Below, piece by piece: positions 50,271-57,625 of a DNA stretch of 64,000 bases. The notes beneath the pieces were generated by a model that did no database searches, was not told where the DNA came from, and saw nothing but the letters and a program-made list of their open reading frames with translations. The first letter of the stretch is position 1, and each line of letters begins with the position of its first letter. The position numbers and the translations under genes were made by a program. The stretch spans positions 30,523 through 94,522 of the IMG/VR virus record IMGVR_UViG_3300042898_001429. The stretch is one strand, 5' to 3'. Source of the DNA: a virus.

Positions 50271-50275
50271 CTCTC

Positions 50276-50314
50276 ATCTTAGCACGGCTGAGGGGAAGCC
50301 GAGGGGGGGGGGGG
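50276..50314 (-). promoter_or_regulatory. Cassette promoter 1 (no ORF at +1)
   Basis: C12-TCGGCT-N15-TAAGAT. Confidence 0.8.
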
Positions 50315-51040
50315 TCAGTCTACTGAGACCGAGAACGTCATTTCTCCGAGGGCTTCACGCACTTTGTCTGTGAGGTCAAGGTTGTCCACCGCATTCTCTA
50401 CCGCCTGAGCGAATGAGTAGGACTCTGTGACATCATCCACGATGTCCTTGTCGTCAAATGCGCTCTCTACTGCGCTCTCAATCTCCACGGATACTTCCGC
50501 CATGACTTGCTTGACAATAAGGCTAATGAGTTGGGCGACTAGGTCGCTGGCTGTTGTTACTGGGCTTGTGTATGTTTCCATAACTCCATCGTAGGCGCTG
50601 GGCGCTGGAGCCGAGGGAGGGGGGGTCAGCGCCGCATTTACTTGCATAGTGCAACTAGATGTTTCACGTGAAACATTTTGAGGGCTATATGTTTCACGTG
50701 AAACATCGGAGGGGGATAAGGGCAGGCTTTCACCACGTACACGTGCATTCAGTATTGCTACACGCTCACAGGGCACCCACGCATCCAGCGTATCTATGTT
50801 CACGCCCACCATGTCCTCGCCCACCTCTACGAAGGCTCCAGCCTTGAGAGCATTCGCCCATGTATAAGCCTCTTCAGCCTGACGGAGGAATTGCCCAGCA
50901 AACTCCATAGTTCCAGCATCAGCCAGTTTCCCAGCCATATCTAGATAGTACTCACCAGCCACCCATATATGGTGCCCAAGTGAATAGCCTCCCATGTAGT
51001 AGTGGCGTGTCGTGTTGTGTGTTGTCGTGTCGTTGTTCAT
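50315..51040 (-). CDS. Hypothetical protein; internal leaderless start at 50581 gives a separate 88-aa acidic protein
   Basis: Promoter 3 heads ATG 51040; promoter 2 heads in-frame ATG 50581. Confidence 0.65.
   Translation of the reverse strand: MNNDTTTHNTTRHYYMGGYSLGHHIWVAGEYYLDMAGKLADAGTMEFAGQFLRQAEEAYTWANALKAGAFVEVGEDMVGVNIDTLDAWVPCERVAILNARVRGESLPLSPSDVSRETYSPQNVSRETSSCTMQVNAALTPPPSAPAPSAYDGVMETYTSPVTTASDLVAQLISLIVKQVMAEVSVEIESAVESAFDDKDIVDDVTESYSFAQAVENAVDNLDLTDKVREALGEMTFSVSVD
50588..50625 (-). promoter_or_regulatory. Cassette promoter 2 (leaderless, ATG 50581)
   Basis: TCGGCT-N15-TACGAT-N6-ATG. Confidence 0.8.
50660..50675. promoter_or_regulatory. parS: parS site
   Basis: Within the 18-bp palindrome ATGTTTCACGTGAAACAT (50659-50676). 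Confidence 0.85.
50690..50705. promoter_or_regulatory. parS: parS site
   Basis: Within the 18-bp palindrome ATGTTTCACGTGAAACAT (50689-50706). Confidence 0.85.
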
Positions 51041-51046
51041 GTCTTC

Positions 51047-51084
51047 ACCTTAGTCGTGTCGTGTTGTATCCGTGGGGGAGGGGG
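51047..51084 (-). promoter_or_regulatory. Cassette promoter 3 (leaderless, ATG 51040)
   Basis: ACGGAT-N15-TAAGGT-N6-ATG. Confidence 0.8.
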
Positions 51085-51105
51085 TGGTAGGTCGCTTGGC
51101 GCCGC

Positions 51106-51378
51106 CTAATCCAGCATCCCCATGTACTCTAGGTCTTCCATCGTGGAGGCGTATCCATCTAGGTCGTCTCCCAGTAGGTCAGCGATAATTCCACGTGCCT
51201 CTGCTCGGCTGTCTGCTCTGCATCCGCTCGTCTCGTAGTCGGAGCCGTTGAAGGCTTCGCACCCTTTGGCGCTGAAGTCTTTGGCGACTTTGGAGTAGGT
51301 CGTGCCCATCTCCTGTGCCACCTCGTGGAGCGTTTCGTTCTCCCAAGGTTCTCCGCAATTCCTGCAATATATGTCCAT
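51106..51378 (-). CDS. Hypothetical protein (CRNC)
   Basis: Start MDIYCRNC after AAAGGG RBS. Confidence 0.65.
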   Translation of the reverse strand: MDIYCRNCGEPWENETLHEVAQEMGTTYSKVAKDFSAKGCEAFNGSDYETSGCRADSRAEARGIIADLLGDDLDGYASTMEDLEYMGMLD

Positions 51379-51415
51379 GTCGTTGCCCTTTCTAGTGGCG
51401 CTGGTTGATATCTCC

Positions 51416-51452
51416 ACCTTAGCCCACCCTCCTGTGAGCCAGTAGGGGGGGG
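51416..51452 (-). promoter_or_regulatory. Cassette promoter 4 (leadered; ATC at +1)
   Basis: CTGGCT-N15-TAAGGT. Confidence 0.75.
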
Positions 51453-51474
51453 TGTCGTGTGGCGTGTCGTGTCG

Positions 51475-51867
51475 CTATCCGTACGTCACTTCTCCCAGCA
51501 TGGCGTACTGGAGGATGGCGTCTCCGTCTCCAGCGTCTAGGTCATCCCAGCGTGTCCACGGGCATTGTGCGATGATGGCATTGACTCCTCGTGCGATGTC
51601 ATTGACAGATAGCGCCTTCACGATTACCTTCGCAGGCTCGTCTGTCTCGTAGGTGTCAGGGTTAGCGATAGCCAACTTGAAGTAGATGGCGTCAGGGTCA
51701 GATGGAATGATATCCCAATCATATTCCTGAGCATATATGGGGGTTGTGCGCCACCAGTCGTAGCCTGCCTCGTCCCAGCCTGAACCCATTACGCCACTAA
51801 TTAGTTCCTTCGTGGGTACTGGCATGGTTATCTGTGTGTGTTGTGTGGTGTGTTGTGTCGTTGTCAT
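51475..51867 (-). CDS. Hypothetical acidic protein
   Basis: Leaderless; C-terminal DAGDGDAILQYAMLGEVTYG, related to 53904..54236. Confidence 0.75.
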   Translation of the reverse strand: MTTTQHTTQHTQITMPVPTKELISGVMGSGWDEAGYDWWRTTPIYAQEYDWDIIPSDPDAIYFKLAIANPDTYETDEPAKVIVKALSVNDIARGVNAIIAQCPWTRWDDLDAGDGDAILQYAMLGEVTYG

Positions 51868-51873
51868 GGTTTC

Positions 51874-51909
51874 ATCTTAGGGTGTGGTGTGGATAGCCGA
51901 GGGAGGGGG
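51874..51909 (-). promoter_or_regulatory. Cassette promoter 5 (leaderless)
   Basis: TCGGCT-N15-TAAGAT-N6-ATG. Confidence 0.85.
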
Positions 51910-52233
51910 TCAGATGCTGAAGAACACGTGCCCATTGGTCTCCCAATAGTCGTGGCGTAGTTCACGTGCCCATGCCTTGTAGTCAATGAAGCCCACAAGG
52001 TGGTCGGGCACTTCTACCGTTTCGTCAAATAACTGCTCGGCAAAGTCTGCAAAGTCGTTATACTCACCACGGTATGAGTCAATGAAGCCAGCCACCTCTG
52101 ACTCGTAGTCGCTGTCAATGTGGTGGTTATCGCAATAGACCGCAAAGGCTTCGTGGTCAATGCCATGGTCTTGGCACAGCACCTGCACTTCTTCGTTATC
52201 GGCAATGTGTGTATATGTTTGGGTCGTTGTCAT
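51910..52233 (-). CDS. ardA: ArdA-like antirestriction (DNA mimic) protein, C-terminal domains
   Basis: YRGEYNDFADFAEQLFDETVEVPDHLVGFIDYKAWARELRHDYWETNGHVF; very acidic. Confidence 0.75.
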   Translation of the reverse strand: MTTTQTYTHIADNEEVQVLCQDHGIDHEAFAVYCDNHHIDSDYESEVAGFIDSYRGEYNDFADFAEQLFDETVEVPDHLVGFIDYKAWARELRHDYWETNGHVFFSI

Positions 52234-52601
52234 ACACTCACCTTAGCCTGTGGCGTGTCTAGCCGAGGGAGGGGGTGTGCTTCGCACCATTGGCACAGCC
52301 AGCGCACAGCATCGTCAGGTGTGTCGTTACACTCGTAGCCGTCAATGGGGTCGCCGTTGTCGTATCGTGCCCTGTCGCCGTCTAGTTCCCAGCGTGTTGA
52401 GTAGGTACTGGTGGTGTCGTCATAGAACTCATCGGCGTCTGCTACTTCGCCCACTACCCACACCTCTCCAGCGATAGTGCCCTCATAGGCACGTCCCATA
52501 GACCAGTTGTACCCAGCATTCTTATTGAGTGTGAATGTCACACGTTCACCATTACAGTAATCGTAGATAATCTTGGGTGTTTGCGTTTTGTTCGTTGTCA
52601 T
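52230..52601 (-). CDS. Hypothetical acidic protein
   Basis: Leaderless start. Confidence 0.7.
   Translation of the reverse strand: MTTNKTQTPKIIYDYCNGERVTFTLNKNAGYNWSMGRAYEGTIAGEVWVVGEVADADEFYDDTTSTYSTRWELDGDRARYDNGDPIDGYECNDTPDDAVRWLCQWCEAHPLPRLDTPQAKVSV
52240..52275 (-). promoter_or_regulatory. Cassette promoter 6 (leaderless)
   Basis: TCGGCT-N15-TAAGGT-N6-ATG. Confidence 0.85.
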
Positions 52602-52607
52602 ATCTGT

Positions 52608-52643
52608 ACCTTAGTCGTTGTCCGTGTTAGCGGAGGTAGGGGG
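52608..52643 (-). promoter_or_regulatory. Cassette promoter 7 (leaderless)
   Basis: TCCGCT-N15-TAAGGT-N6-ATG. Confidence 0.8.
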
Positions 52644-52772
52644 TGTGTCGTTGATGCCCGCAAGTTCTAGTGCCTCTGCGTGCTCCATGTCCATGTTGAG
52701 TATTCGTGCGATGCCGTAGGCTAGTGCCCGTGTCATTGCATTGGTGAAGTCGTTGTCTGTGTCGTTGCTCAT
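52611..52772 (-). CDS. Small hypothetical protein (53 aa)
   Basis: Manual ORF MSNDTDNDFTNAMTRALAYGIARIL..., headed by promoter 8. Confidence 0.65.
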   Translation of the reverse strand: MSNDTDNDFTNAMTRALAYGIARILNMDMEHAEALELAGINDTPPTSANTDND

Positions 52773-52778
52773 GTTCAT

Positions 52779-52816
52779 ACTTTACTTGTTGGTGTTGGTA
52801 GCCAAAGGGGAGGGGG
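52779..52816 (-). promoter_or_regulatory. Cassette promoter 8 (leaderless)
   Basis: TTGGCT-N15-TAAAGT-N6-ATG. Confidence 0.85.
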
Positions 52817-52997
52817 TGAGTAGAGTCTCAAATAATTCTTTGGTCTTATTGAAACTGTCATCTTCATAGACAATGGTGTTATCTACGTTGTCCCACACGT
52901 GATACCACGTGCCTCCGTCGTAGTCGTGGTTAGTGTCCACACATTTGCTTAGTTCATAACGTCCATCTTGGGACTTCATGCGTGTTGTCGTTGTCAT
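52782..52997 (-). CDS. Hypothetical protein
   Basis: Leaderless start. Confidence 0.7.
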   Translation of the reverse strand: MTTTTRMKSQDGRYELSKCVDTNHDYDGGTWYHVWDNVDNTIVYEDDSFNKTKELFETLLTPSPLATNTNK

Positions 52998-53003
52998 ATT
53001 CTC

Positions 53004-53041
53004 ATCTTAGTTGTTGCTCGTGGTAGCGAGGGGGGAGGGGG
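53004..53041 (-). promoter_or_regulatory. Cassette promoter 9 (leaderless)
   Basis: CTCGCT-N15-TAAGAT-N6-ATG. Confidence 0.8.
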
Positions 53042-53318
53042 TCAGGAGTTTCTTCATTCCGATAGGGTAGCGCTTGACCGTTCCGTCAGGCTCAATGCGG
53101 AATGAGCCACACGTTGTTGCCAGCCATTGGTGTTCACCGTTTGGCGTTAGGCGAGATACGGAGCCTGTCATGGCACCGTCACGCTGTTCACGTCCTAGTT
53201 CAATCACGTACTCCACGCCATTGACAACATACACGTTGCTCTTTCCTGTGGCGTCTACACATAGTTGAACCCATTGGCGGTATGTGTCATCTGCATCTTG
53301 TCGGCATGAGTAGCCCAT
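53007..53318 (-). CDS. Hypothetical protein
   Basis: AAAGGA RBS. Confidence 0.7.
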   Translation of the reverse strand: MGYSCRQDADDTYRQWVQLCVDATGKSNVYVVNGVEYVIELGREQRDGAMTGSVSRLTPNGEHQWLATTCGSFRIEPDGTVKRYPIGMKKLLTPSPLATTSNN

Positions 53319-53350
53319 TATCGTTGTCCTTTGTTCGTTGCGATGTCTTC

Positions 53351-53386
53351 ATCTTAGTTTGTCGTTGTTATAACCAGTAGGGGGGG
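53351..53386 (-). promoter_or_regulatory. Cassette promoter 10 (leadered; ATC at +1)
   Basis: CTGGTT-N15-TAAGAT. Confidence 0.75.
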
Positions 53387-53387
53387 T

Positions 53388-53635
53388 AGTCGTATGTTTC
53401 ACACTTCGTCTGCGTGACCATTGGTGGCTCTACCTGCCACCCTCGTATTATCTGACCATACTTGTCAGACTGACACTTTATCTCCCTGCCAGCAAATGGG
53501 ATGTTTAGGTGAATATCTCTCGTCACGCCCTAACGTATGACTTACTCAGGCGATATCCTGCCTGTACCTAGTTTCCATACCTCCCACACCCCCTAGGTTG
53601 GATGTGGGAGGTCTTAGGGGTTTGTTGCCCTAAGA
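53388..53635. ncRNA. Candidate structured non-coding element
   Basis: About 245 bp without a long ORF, containing at least six inverted repeats, some nested. Confidence 0.35.
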
Positions 53636-53860
53636 ACTTTGTAATTCTTTACACGGATGCGTGGTATATGTACCGAGTTCACCCATGATGGCGTGTGCCT
53701 CCTGAAGGCTTGAAGCAAACAATGAAATGTCTGCTTTACCTACGTGGATAGCGACGATAGCAAAGTTGCCAAAGTCAGTTACCCTTGCGGAAATGTGTGA
53801 TGCCTCCACGTGATGGAAAGATATCCCTGTCAGTATTGGTTGTGTTGTTTCGTTGCTCAT
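53630..53860 (-). CDS. Hypothetical protein
   Basis: Leaderless start. Confidence 0.7.
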   Translation of the reverse strand: MSNETTQPILTGISFHHVEASHISARVTDFGNFAIVAIHVGKADISLFASSLQEAHAIMGELGTYTTHPCKELQSS

Positions 53861-53866
53861 GTCTTC

Positions 53867-53903
53867 ATCTTACTTTCTTGTTGTTGTAGCCGAGGGGGAG
53901 GGG
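53867..53903 (-). promoter_or_regulatory. Cassette promoter 11 (leaderless)
   Basis: TCGGCT-N15-TAAGAT-N6-ATG. Confidence 0.85.
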
Positions 53904-54236
53904 TTAGGAATACTGGACGTCACCGAAGAAACCGTATTGCCACACATAGTCACGCTCGTGTGAGTCTGTCTCCATGCGTATGAGTTCCTGAGTTTCTTCT
54001 TGTGAGTGTGCTAGTGCATACAACCTGAGTCCACGTAGTAGTGTCTCGGTGTCATACGTCAGTATTACGTTGTCTTCGTACGTGAACCATAGTTCACCGC
54101 TTGGGTATTCTTCCGTTTCGTAATAACCAGCCCAATGGCGAGTGCCATCGTTGCTCTTCATAAAGTCCACCCATTCGTCTGTGACGATTAGTGAATACTC
54201 TACTTTTACTTCGTATCGTGTTTGTGTCGTTGTCAT
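53904..54236 (-). CDS. Hypothetical acidic protein
   Basis: Leaderless; DYVWQYGFFGDVQYS tail. Confidence 0.7.
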   Translation of the reverse strand: MTTTQTRYEVKVEYSLIVTDEWVDFMKSNDGTRHWAGYYETEEYPSGELWFTYEDNVILTYDTETLLRGLRLYALAHSQEETQELIRMETDSHERDYVWQYGFFGDVQYS

Positions 54237-54242
54237 GTTCTT

Positions 54243-54278
54243 ATCTTACTTTCCTGTGATGTTAGCCAAGGGGGAGGG
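54243..54278 (-). promoter_or_regulatory. Cassette promoter 12 (leaderless)
   Basis: TTGGCT-N15-TAAGAT-N6-ATG. Confidence 0.85.
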
Positions 54279-54665
54279 TCACCACGTACGTTGCCAGTTA
54301 TCGCCCATTTGTTCTGTGAGCATCTTCATCTCACGCTTGGTTACGCTTGCTACGTCTTTCCAGTTGCTGAATGCACGTGTCAAGCCCATTGCCAACCTAC
54401 ACGCCAGTTCTGCCCAGTCTTCTAGTGTTGGGTCTTCGTGGTTCTCATTAGCCTGTGCAGTCTCAATAAGCACGATGTCTGCTAGGCATTGTGGGCAGTA
54501 TTGCCCTCTTACACGCTCTCCCTCTTCGTACGCCCATCCAGTACCGTGGTCGTAGTGAGTCCATGTGCGCTTTGTCAATGGGTGTTTTTCCTCATTGTCA
54601 AAATCGTTACAACCATCGCACTTGTCGTTGGTCTTTCCAGTTTCTGTAATTTGTGTCGTTGTCAT
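54279..54665 (-). CDS. Hypothetical Zn-finger protein
   Basis: CDGC...CPQC; leaderless. Confidence 0.7.
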   Translation of the reverse strand: MTTTQITETGKTNDKCDGCNDFDNEEKHPLTKRTWTHYDHGTGWAYEEGERVRGQYCPQCLADIVLIETAQANENHEDPTLEDWAELACRLAMGLTRAFSNWKDVASVTKREMKMLTEQMGDNWQRTW

Positions 54666-54671
54666 GTTCGT

Positions 54672-54707
54672 ATCTTAGGTCGTGGTATTACAAGCCGAGG
54701 GGGAGGG
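54672..54707 (-). promoter_or_regulatory. Cassette promoter 13 (leaderless)
   Basis: TCGGCT-N15-TAAGAT-N6-ATG. Confidence 0.85.
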
Positions 54708-54864
54708 TCAGGTCACGGTCACACTTGATACAAATGCACCCTGACTCACCTGTCAATGCAGAGTCACAGTCGTAGGGCAAGCGTTCATATATCACTAAGA
54801 TGTCCAGCGTAGAAGGCTCTCCGCAATGGTCACAGAATGTAATGTGGTCGTTGCGATTACTCAT
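54688..54864 (-). CDS. Small Zn-finger protein (58 aa)
   Basis: Manual ORF MSNRNDHITFCDHC...CIKCDRDL; TAATG-coupled. Confidence 0.55.
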   Translation of the reverse strand: MSNRNDHITFCDHCGEPSTLDILVIYERLPYDCDSALTGESGCICIKCDRDLTLPLGL

Positions 54865-55106
54865 TAGAGATTGTCTCCGTGTTGGTCGGTGTAGAGGAGG
54901 TCTTTGGTGCCATTGCTCCTGAAGTCATCCTCTACCAACATTTCCACGTACTCCATGACATCATCATAGGTGACTTCTATGTCGGCATCACCTCTGTTGT
55001 CTTGATGTATCGTGCGCACTATCTCTTCCACGTCATACGTGAATACACGCATTACGTTGATGTGTGTGATGGTGTCTTGTGAGTCGGGGTTGATTATCGT
55101 TGTCAT
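54864..55106 (-). CDS. Hypothetical acidic protein
   Basis: Leaderless start. Confidence 0.7.
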   Translation of the reverse strand: MTTIINPDSQDTITHINVMRVFTYDVEEIVRTIHQDNRGDADIEVTYDDVMEYVEMLVEDDFRSNGTKDLLYTDQHGDNL

Positions 55107-55112
55107 GTCTTT

Positions 55113-55148
55113 ATCTTACGGGATGAGTACGTCAGCCAAGGTAGGGGG
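55113..55148 (-). promoter_or_regulatory. Cassette promoter 14 (leaderless)
   Basis: TTGGCT-N15-TAAGAT-N6-ATG. Confidence 0.85.
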
Positions 55149-55574
55149 TGTCTGACCATCGTCATACAGTCTTCCTTGCTTCGTGTAGTCCACGTTGCCT
55201 AGGTTGCTCACCATGACACTAAGGTCGTACTGGTGATAGGTCGTACCGTCATATGTGAGATGTTGCTTCGGTGCTACAAACGCTGGTGAGCATGGGCATT
55301 GGCAGTATGCGTATTGGTTCCATTGCATTCTAGAGCCATCAAAATCTAGTCCTGCCTCAGCAAGGATGCGTAGTGCGTGTTTCTTGTACTCAGCGTGTGG
55401 ACGTCGTGTGCGATTGTTGAGGTTGTCTAAGACAGTCTCAGTATCTGAGTCTCCCCATACCGACACTCGTGGTCGTACGTTCATGCGGAATGCTGTCATG
55501 TTCCTAGTCCACGTGCGTGGTTGGATGTAGATAGTTCCACTTGGTGTTGTGATTGTTATGTCGTTGTTGCTCAT
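55116..55574 (-). CDS. Hypothetical protein
   Basis: WNQYAYCQCPCSPAF motif; leaderless. Confidence 0.7.
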   Translation of the reverse strand: MSNNDITITTPSGTIYIQPRTWTRNMTAFRMNVRPRVSVWGDSDTETVLDNLNNRTRRPHAEYKKHALRILAEAGLDFDGSRMQWNQYAYCQCPCSPAFVAPKQHLTYDGTTYHQYDLSVMVSNLGNVDYTKQGRLYDDGQTPPTLADVLIP

Positions 55575-55810
55575 GACTTCACCTTAGTCCACCAACGCTT
55601 TAGCCGAGGGGGAGGGGTTGAATACTTAGTGATGGGTGTACCCTTCAGAGCGCCTAACTCAACAATGGTTACATCACTTCCATTCTCGTACCATTCTTCC
55701 AATAGAAACTTCTCGTACTCGTCTAGTGTGTCTGTGTCTACTACGACCACCTGTGGGTCATAATTGAGGACTGTGCCTGTCACCATGTCAATAAGAATAA
55801 TGTTGCTCAT
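55571..55810 (-). CDS. Hypothetical protein
   Basis: GGAGG RBS, ATGA overlap. Confidence 0.65.
   Translation of the reverse strand: MSNIILIDMVTGTVLNYDPQVVVVDTDTLDEYEKFLLEEWYENGSDVTIVELGALKGTPITKYSTPPPRLKRWWTKVKS
55581..55617 (-). promoter_or_regulatory. Cassette promoter 15 (leaderless)
   Basis: TCGGCT-N15-TAAGGT-N6-ATG. Confidence 0.85.
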
Positions 55811-56052
55811 TCGTATTCCTCCACGATTAGGTGTCCAGCGTCATTGCCTTCTTGGTCTGAACTTACGATTGCATATGTGCTGTCGGTGAACTCAATAACG
55901 ATGGTATTGACATACACGTTGTTATGCTCTCGCTGATACCATCCCATGCCCTTTACTTCTTCGTCAATCATGTGGCGAACTCGCTTGATTGTCTTACCAG
56001 CAAGTCCCCTGATGGCAGGGTCAAAATGCTCTGTGTGCTTTAGTGTTTTCAT
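55807..56052 (-). CDS. Hypothetical protein
   Basis: LAGKTIKRVR...SSDQEGNDAG; leaderless. Confidence 0.7.
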   Translation of the reverse strand: MKTLKHTEHFDPAIRGLAGKTIKRVRHMIDEEVKGMGWYQREHNNVYVNTIVIEFTDSTYAIVSSDQEGNDAGHLIVEEYE

Positions 56053-56058
56053 ATCTTT

Positions 56059-56094
56059 ACTTTAGTTGTCGTTGTGTGTAGCCAAGGGAGAGGG
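56059..56094 (-). promoter_or_regulatory. Cassette promoter 16 (leaderless)
   Basis: TTGGCT-N15-TAAAGT-N6-ATG. Confidence 0.85.
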
Positions 56095-56589
56095 TCACCA
56101 TGATGACTGGTAGGAGAACTCCCAACCCCATCCACTAGTGTCTGACAGCGTGGGGTCATTCAGCAGTTGTTCAAGGGTAAGCGCCGTGTATAAGACGTCA
56201 TTGTAGTATTGCTCATTCACGTCAGTATCTCCAAAGAAGAACCCCGACGAAGTTGGCAGTACCTCTTCTGAGAAGGCATTGTCACGCTTTGCGTACACTT
56301 GCCTGCAAAGGTCTAACAATGTTTCTAAGTTCTCTTTGCTAACGTAATACGAACGGCAGTCGTCCTCGCCACCCTGTACGTTGTTCACGAACCAGTTGTG
56401 GATTTGGTTTGCTTTGCGCCATTGCCCTACCTTGATAGTGACTTCAGCAGATGGCATATTGTCAGTAATAAATAAATGTGAAACTTTCAATGCCTTTGCT
56501 ATTTCAGCAAAAGTGTTCTTGTCTGTGTCGTTGCTGTGGTCTGCGCCTGAAACGTATTTCTTAGCGGAGAGGTATTGGTCTAATCCCAT
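56095..56589 (-). CDS. Conserved phage protein (MGLD...WRKANQIHNWF...GFFFG...YQSSW)
   Basis: Recognisable widespread phage motif set; AAGGA RBS. Confidence 0.75.
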   Translation of the reverse strand: MGLDQYLSAKKYVSGADHSNDTDKNTFAEIAKALKVSHLFITDNMPSAEVTIKVGQWRKANQIHNWFVNNVQGGEDDCRSYYVSKENLETLLDLCRQVYAKRDNAFSEEVLPTSSGFFFGDTDVNEQYYNDVLYTALTLEQLLNDPTLSDTSGWGWEFSYQSSW

Positions 56590-56629
56590 GTCGTTGTCCT
56601 TTTTGTTGTTTGTTGTTTGGTTTAGTTGT

Positions 56630-56665
56630 ATTTTATCTCAGCACGTTTGTAGCCGAGGGAGGGGG
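56630..56665 (-). promoter_or_regulatory. Cassette promoter 17 (leadered)
   Basis: TCGGCT-N15-TAAAAT. Confidence 0.8.
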
Positions 56666-56668
56666 TTG

Positions 56669-57088
56669 TTAGTCATTACCATTTACTGTGTCAATAACTA
56701 TTTGGCATACTGTGTCTAGGACATCAGCAGGCATACCTTCTAGGTACGCAAGAAGGTTATCTTGTAGTCTTTGCTTTAATTCTTTTACTTCTTCACCCTC
56801 ATACGAAATGTAAGTATCTATTGCAACTTCTACGTAGTCAGTCCACGGCTCGCTGGTCACGAAGTAACCAATGCGATTTACAAACGCTTTTCCAGCGACA
56901 ATAAGTGTTCCTTCATCACCGTCTACCCATGTCCACACATTGTTTTCGGGTTGTTCGTGTACGAAGTCAAACTCGGTGTCGTAGGTCTCAAACATAGTGC
57001 CATTCCATGATGCGTCAGTATCTAGGTGGTTGGTAATAGGCTTGTATTGTTTTTCCCATTGGTCTTCAGTAATTTGTGTGTCGTTCAT
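56669..57088 (-). CDS. Hypothetical acidic protein
   Basis: MFETY...NVWTWVDGD...VNRIGYFVT; TAATG-coupled start MNDTQ. Confidence 0.7.
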   Translation of the reverse strand: MNDTQITEDQWEKQYKPITNHLDTDASWNGTMFETYDTEFDFVHEQPENNVWTWVDGDEGTLIVAGKAFVNRIGYFVTSEPWTDYVEVAIDTYISYEGEEVKELKQRLQDNLLAYLEGMPADVLDTVCQIVIDTVNGND

Positions 57089-57321
57089 TAGATGACCCAC
57101 ACTTCTACGTCATCTAGGTCTGTGTCATCAAGTGATAATTGGTTGATAATAAAACCCTTGCCGTTTTCTGCTGGGTCACTAGGTTCACTTACCGTAACGT
57201 TGGTAATCCACTCTTCTGCAAAAGTATCAGCGTTCCAATCACTTGGGATTTCTGCTTCTACTGTGACAGACAATTTGATTGTTTGCGTAAAACGTATTTT
57301 GTTCATTTGTTGGTTGTTCAT
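57088..57321 (-). CDS. Hypothetical acidic protein
   Basis: Leaderless start. Confidence 0.7.
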   Translation of the reverse strand: MNNQQMNKIRFTQTIKLSVTVEAEIPSDWNADTFAEEWITNVTVSEPSDPAENGKGFIINQLSLDDTDLDDVEVWVI

Positions 57322-57327
57322 GTTCTT

Positions 57328-57363
57328 ATCTTATCTTTTGTTGTGCATAGCCAAGGGGGAGGG
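57328..57363 (-). promoter_or_regulatory. Cassette promoter 18 (leaderless)
   Basis: TTGGCT-N15-TAAGAT-N6-ATG. Confidence 0.85.
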
Positions 57364-57442
57364 TAAGCCCTGTGAGGAGTGTTCCGCTTCTATCGTAGGG
57401 CAACGACGAACTACGAGAGCGAAACACCCCTCACAAGGCTTA
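57364..57442 (-). other. 79-nt long RNA hairpin
   Basis: About 25-bp contiguous stem with three G-U pairs on the minus strand, plus an inner 6-bp stem. Confidence 0.7.
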
Positions 57443-57625
57443 CCACTCGTGATAGCGAATGGTGCTGATTATAATAGCGCCAACAAAGCACATCATGATG
57501 CCTAAAAAACCCCACCACAATGATGCGCTTTCAATAGTGAACCCTAGCATCATGCCCGTGGCGTAGAGAACTACGATGGCTCTCTTCTTGGCTCTAGTCC
57601 ATTTGACCCAGTTAGTGACGTGCAT
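57440..57625 (-). CDS. Small two-TM membrane protein
   Basis: Hydrophobic segments; TAATG-coupled. Confidence 0.6.
   Translation of the reverse strand: MHVTNWVKWTRAKKRAIVVLYATGMMLGFTIESASLWWGFLGIMMCFVGAIIISTIRYHEW

Noticed and set aside
50659-50847. ORF with MFHVKH repeats and VSRET peptide repeats
   Set aside because: These are translations of the parS palindrome, not protein domains
53394-53404. Additional parS (ATGTTTCACAC)
   Set aside because: Half-site only
53388-53552. Hammerhead ribozyme (CTGAG...GAAAC on minus strand)
   Set aside because: CUGANGA core and three-stem arrangement do not match
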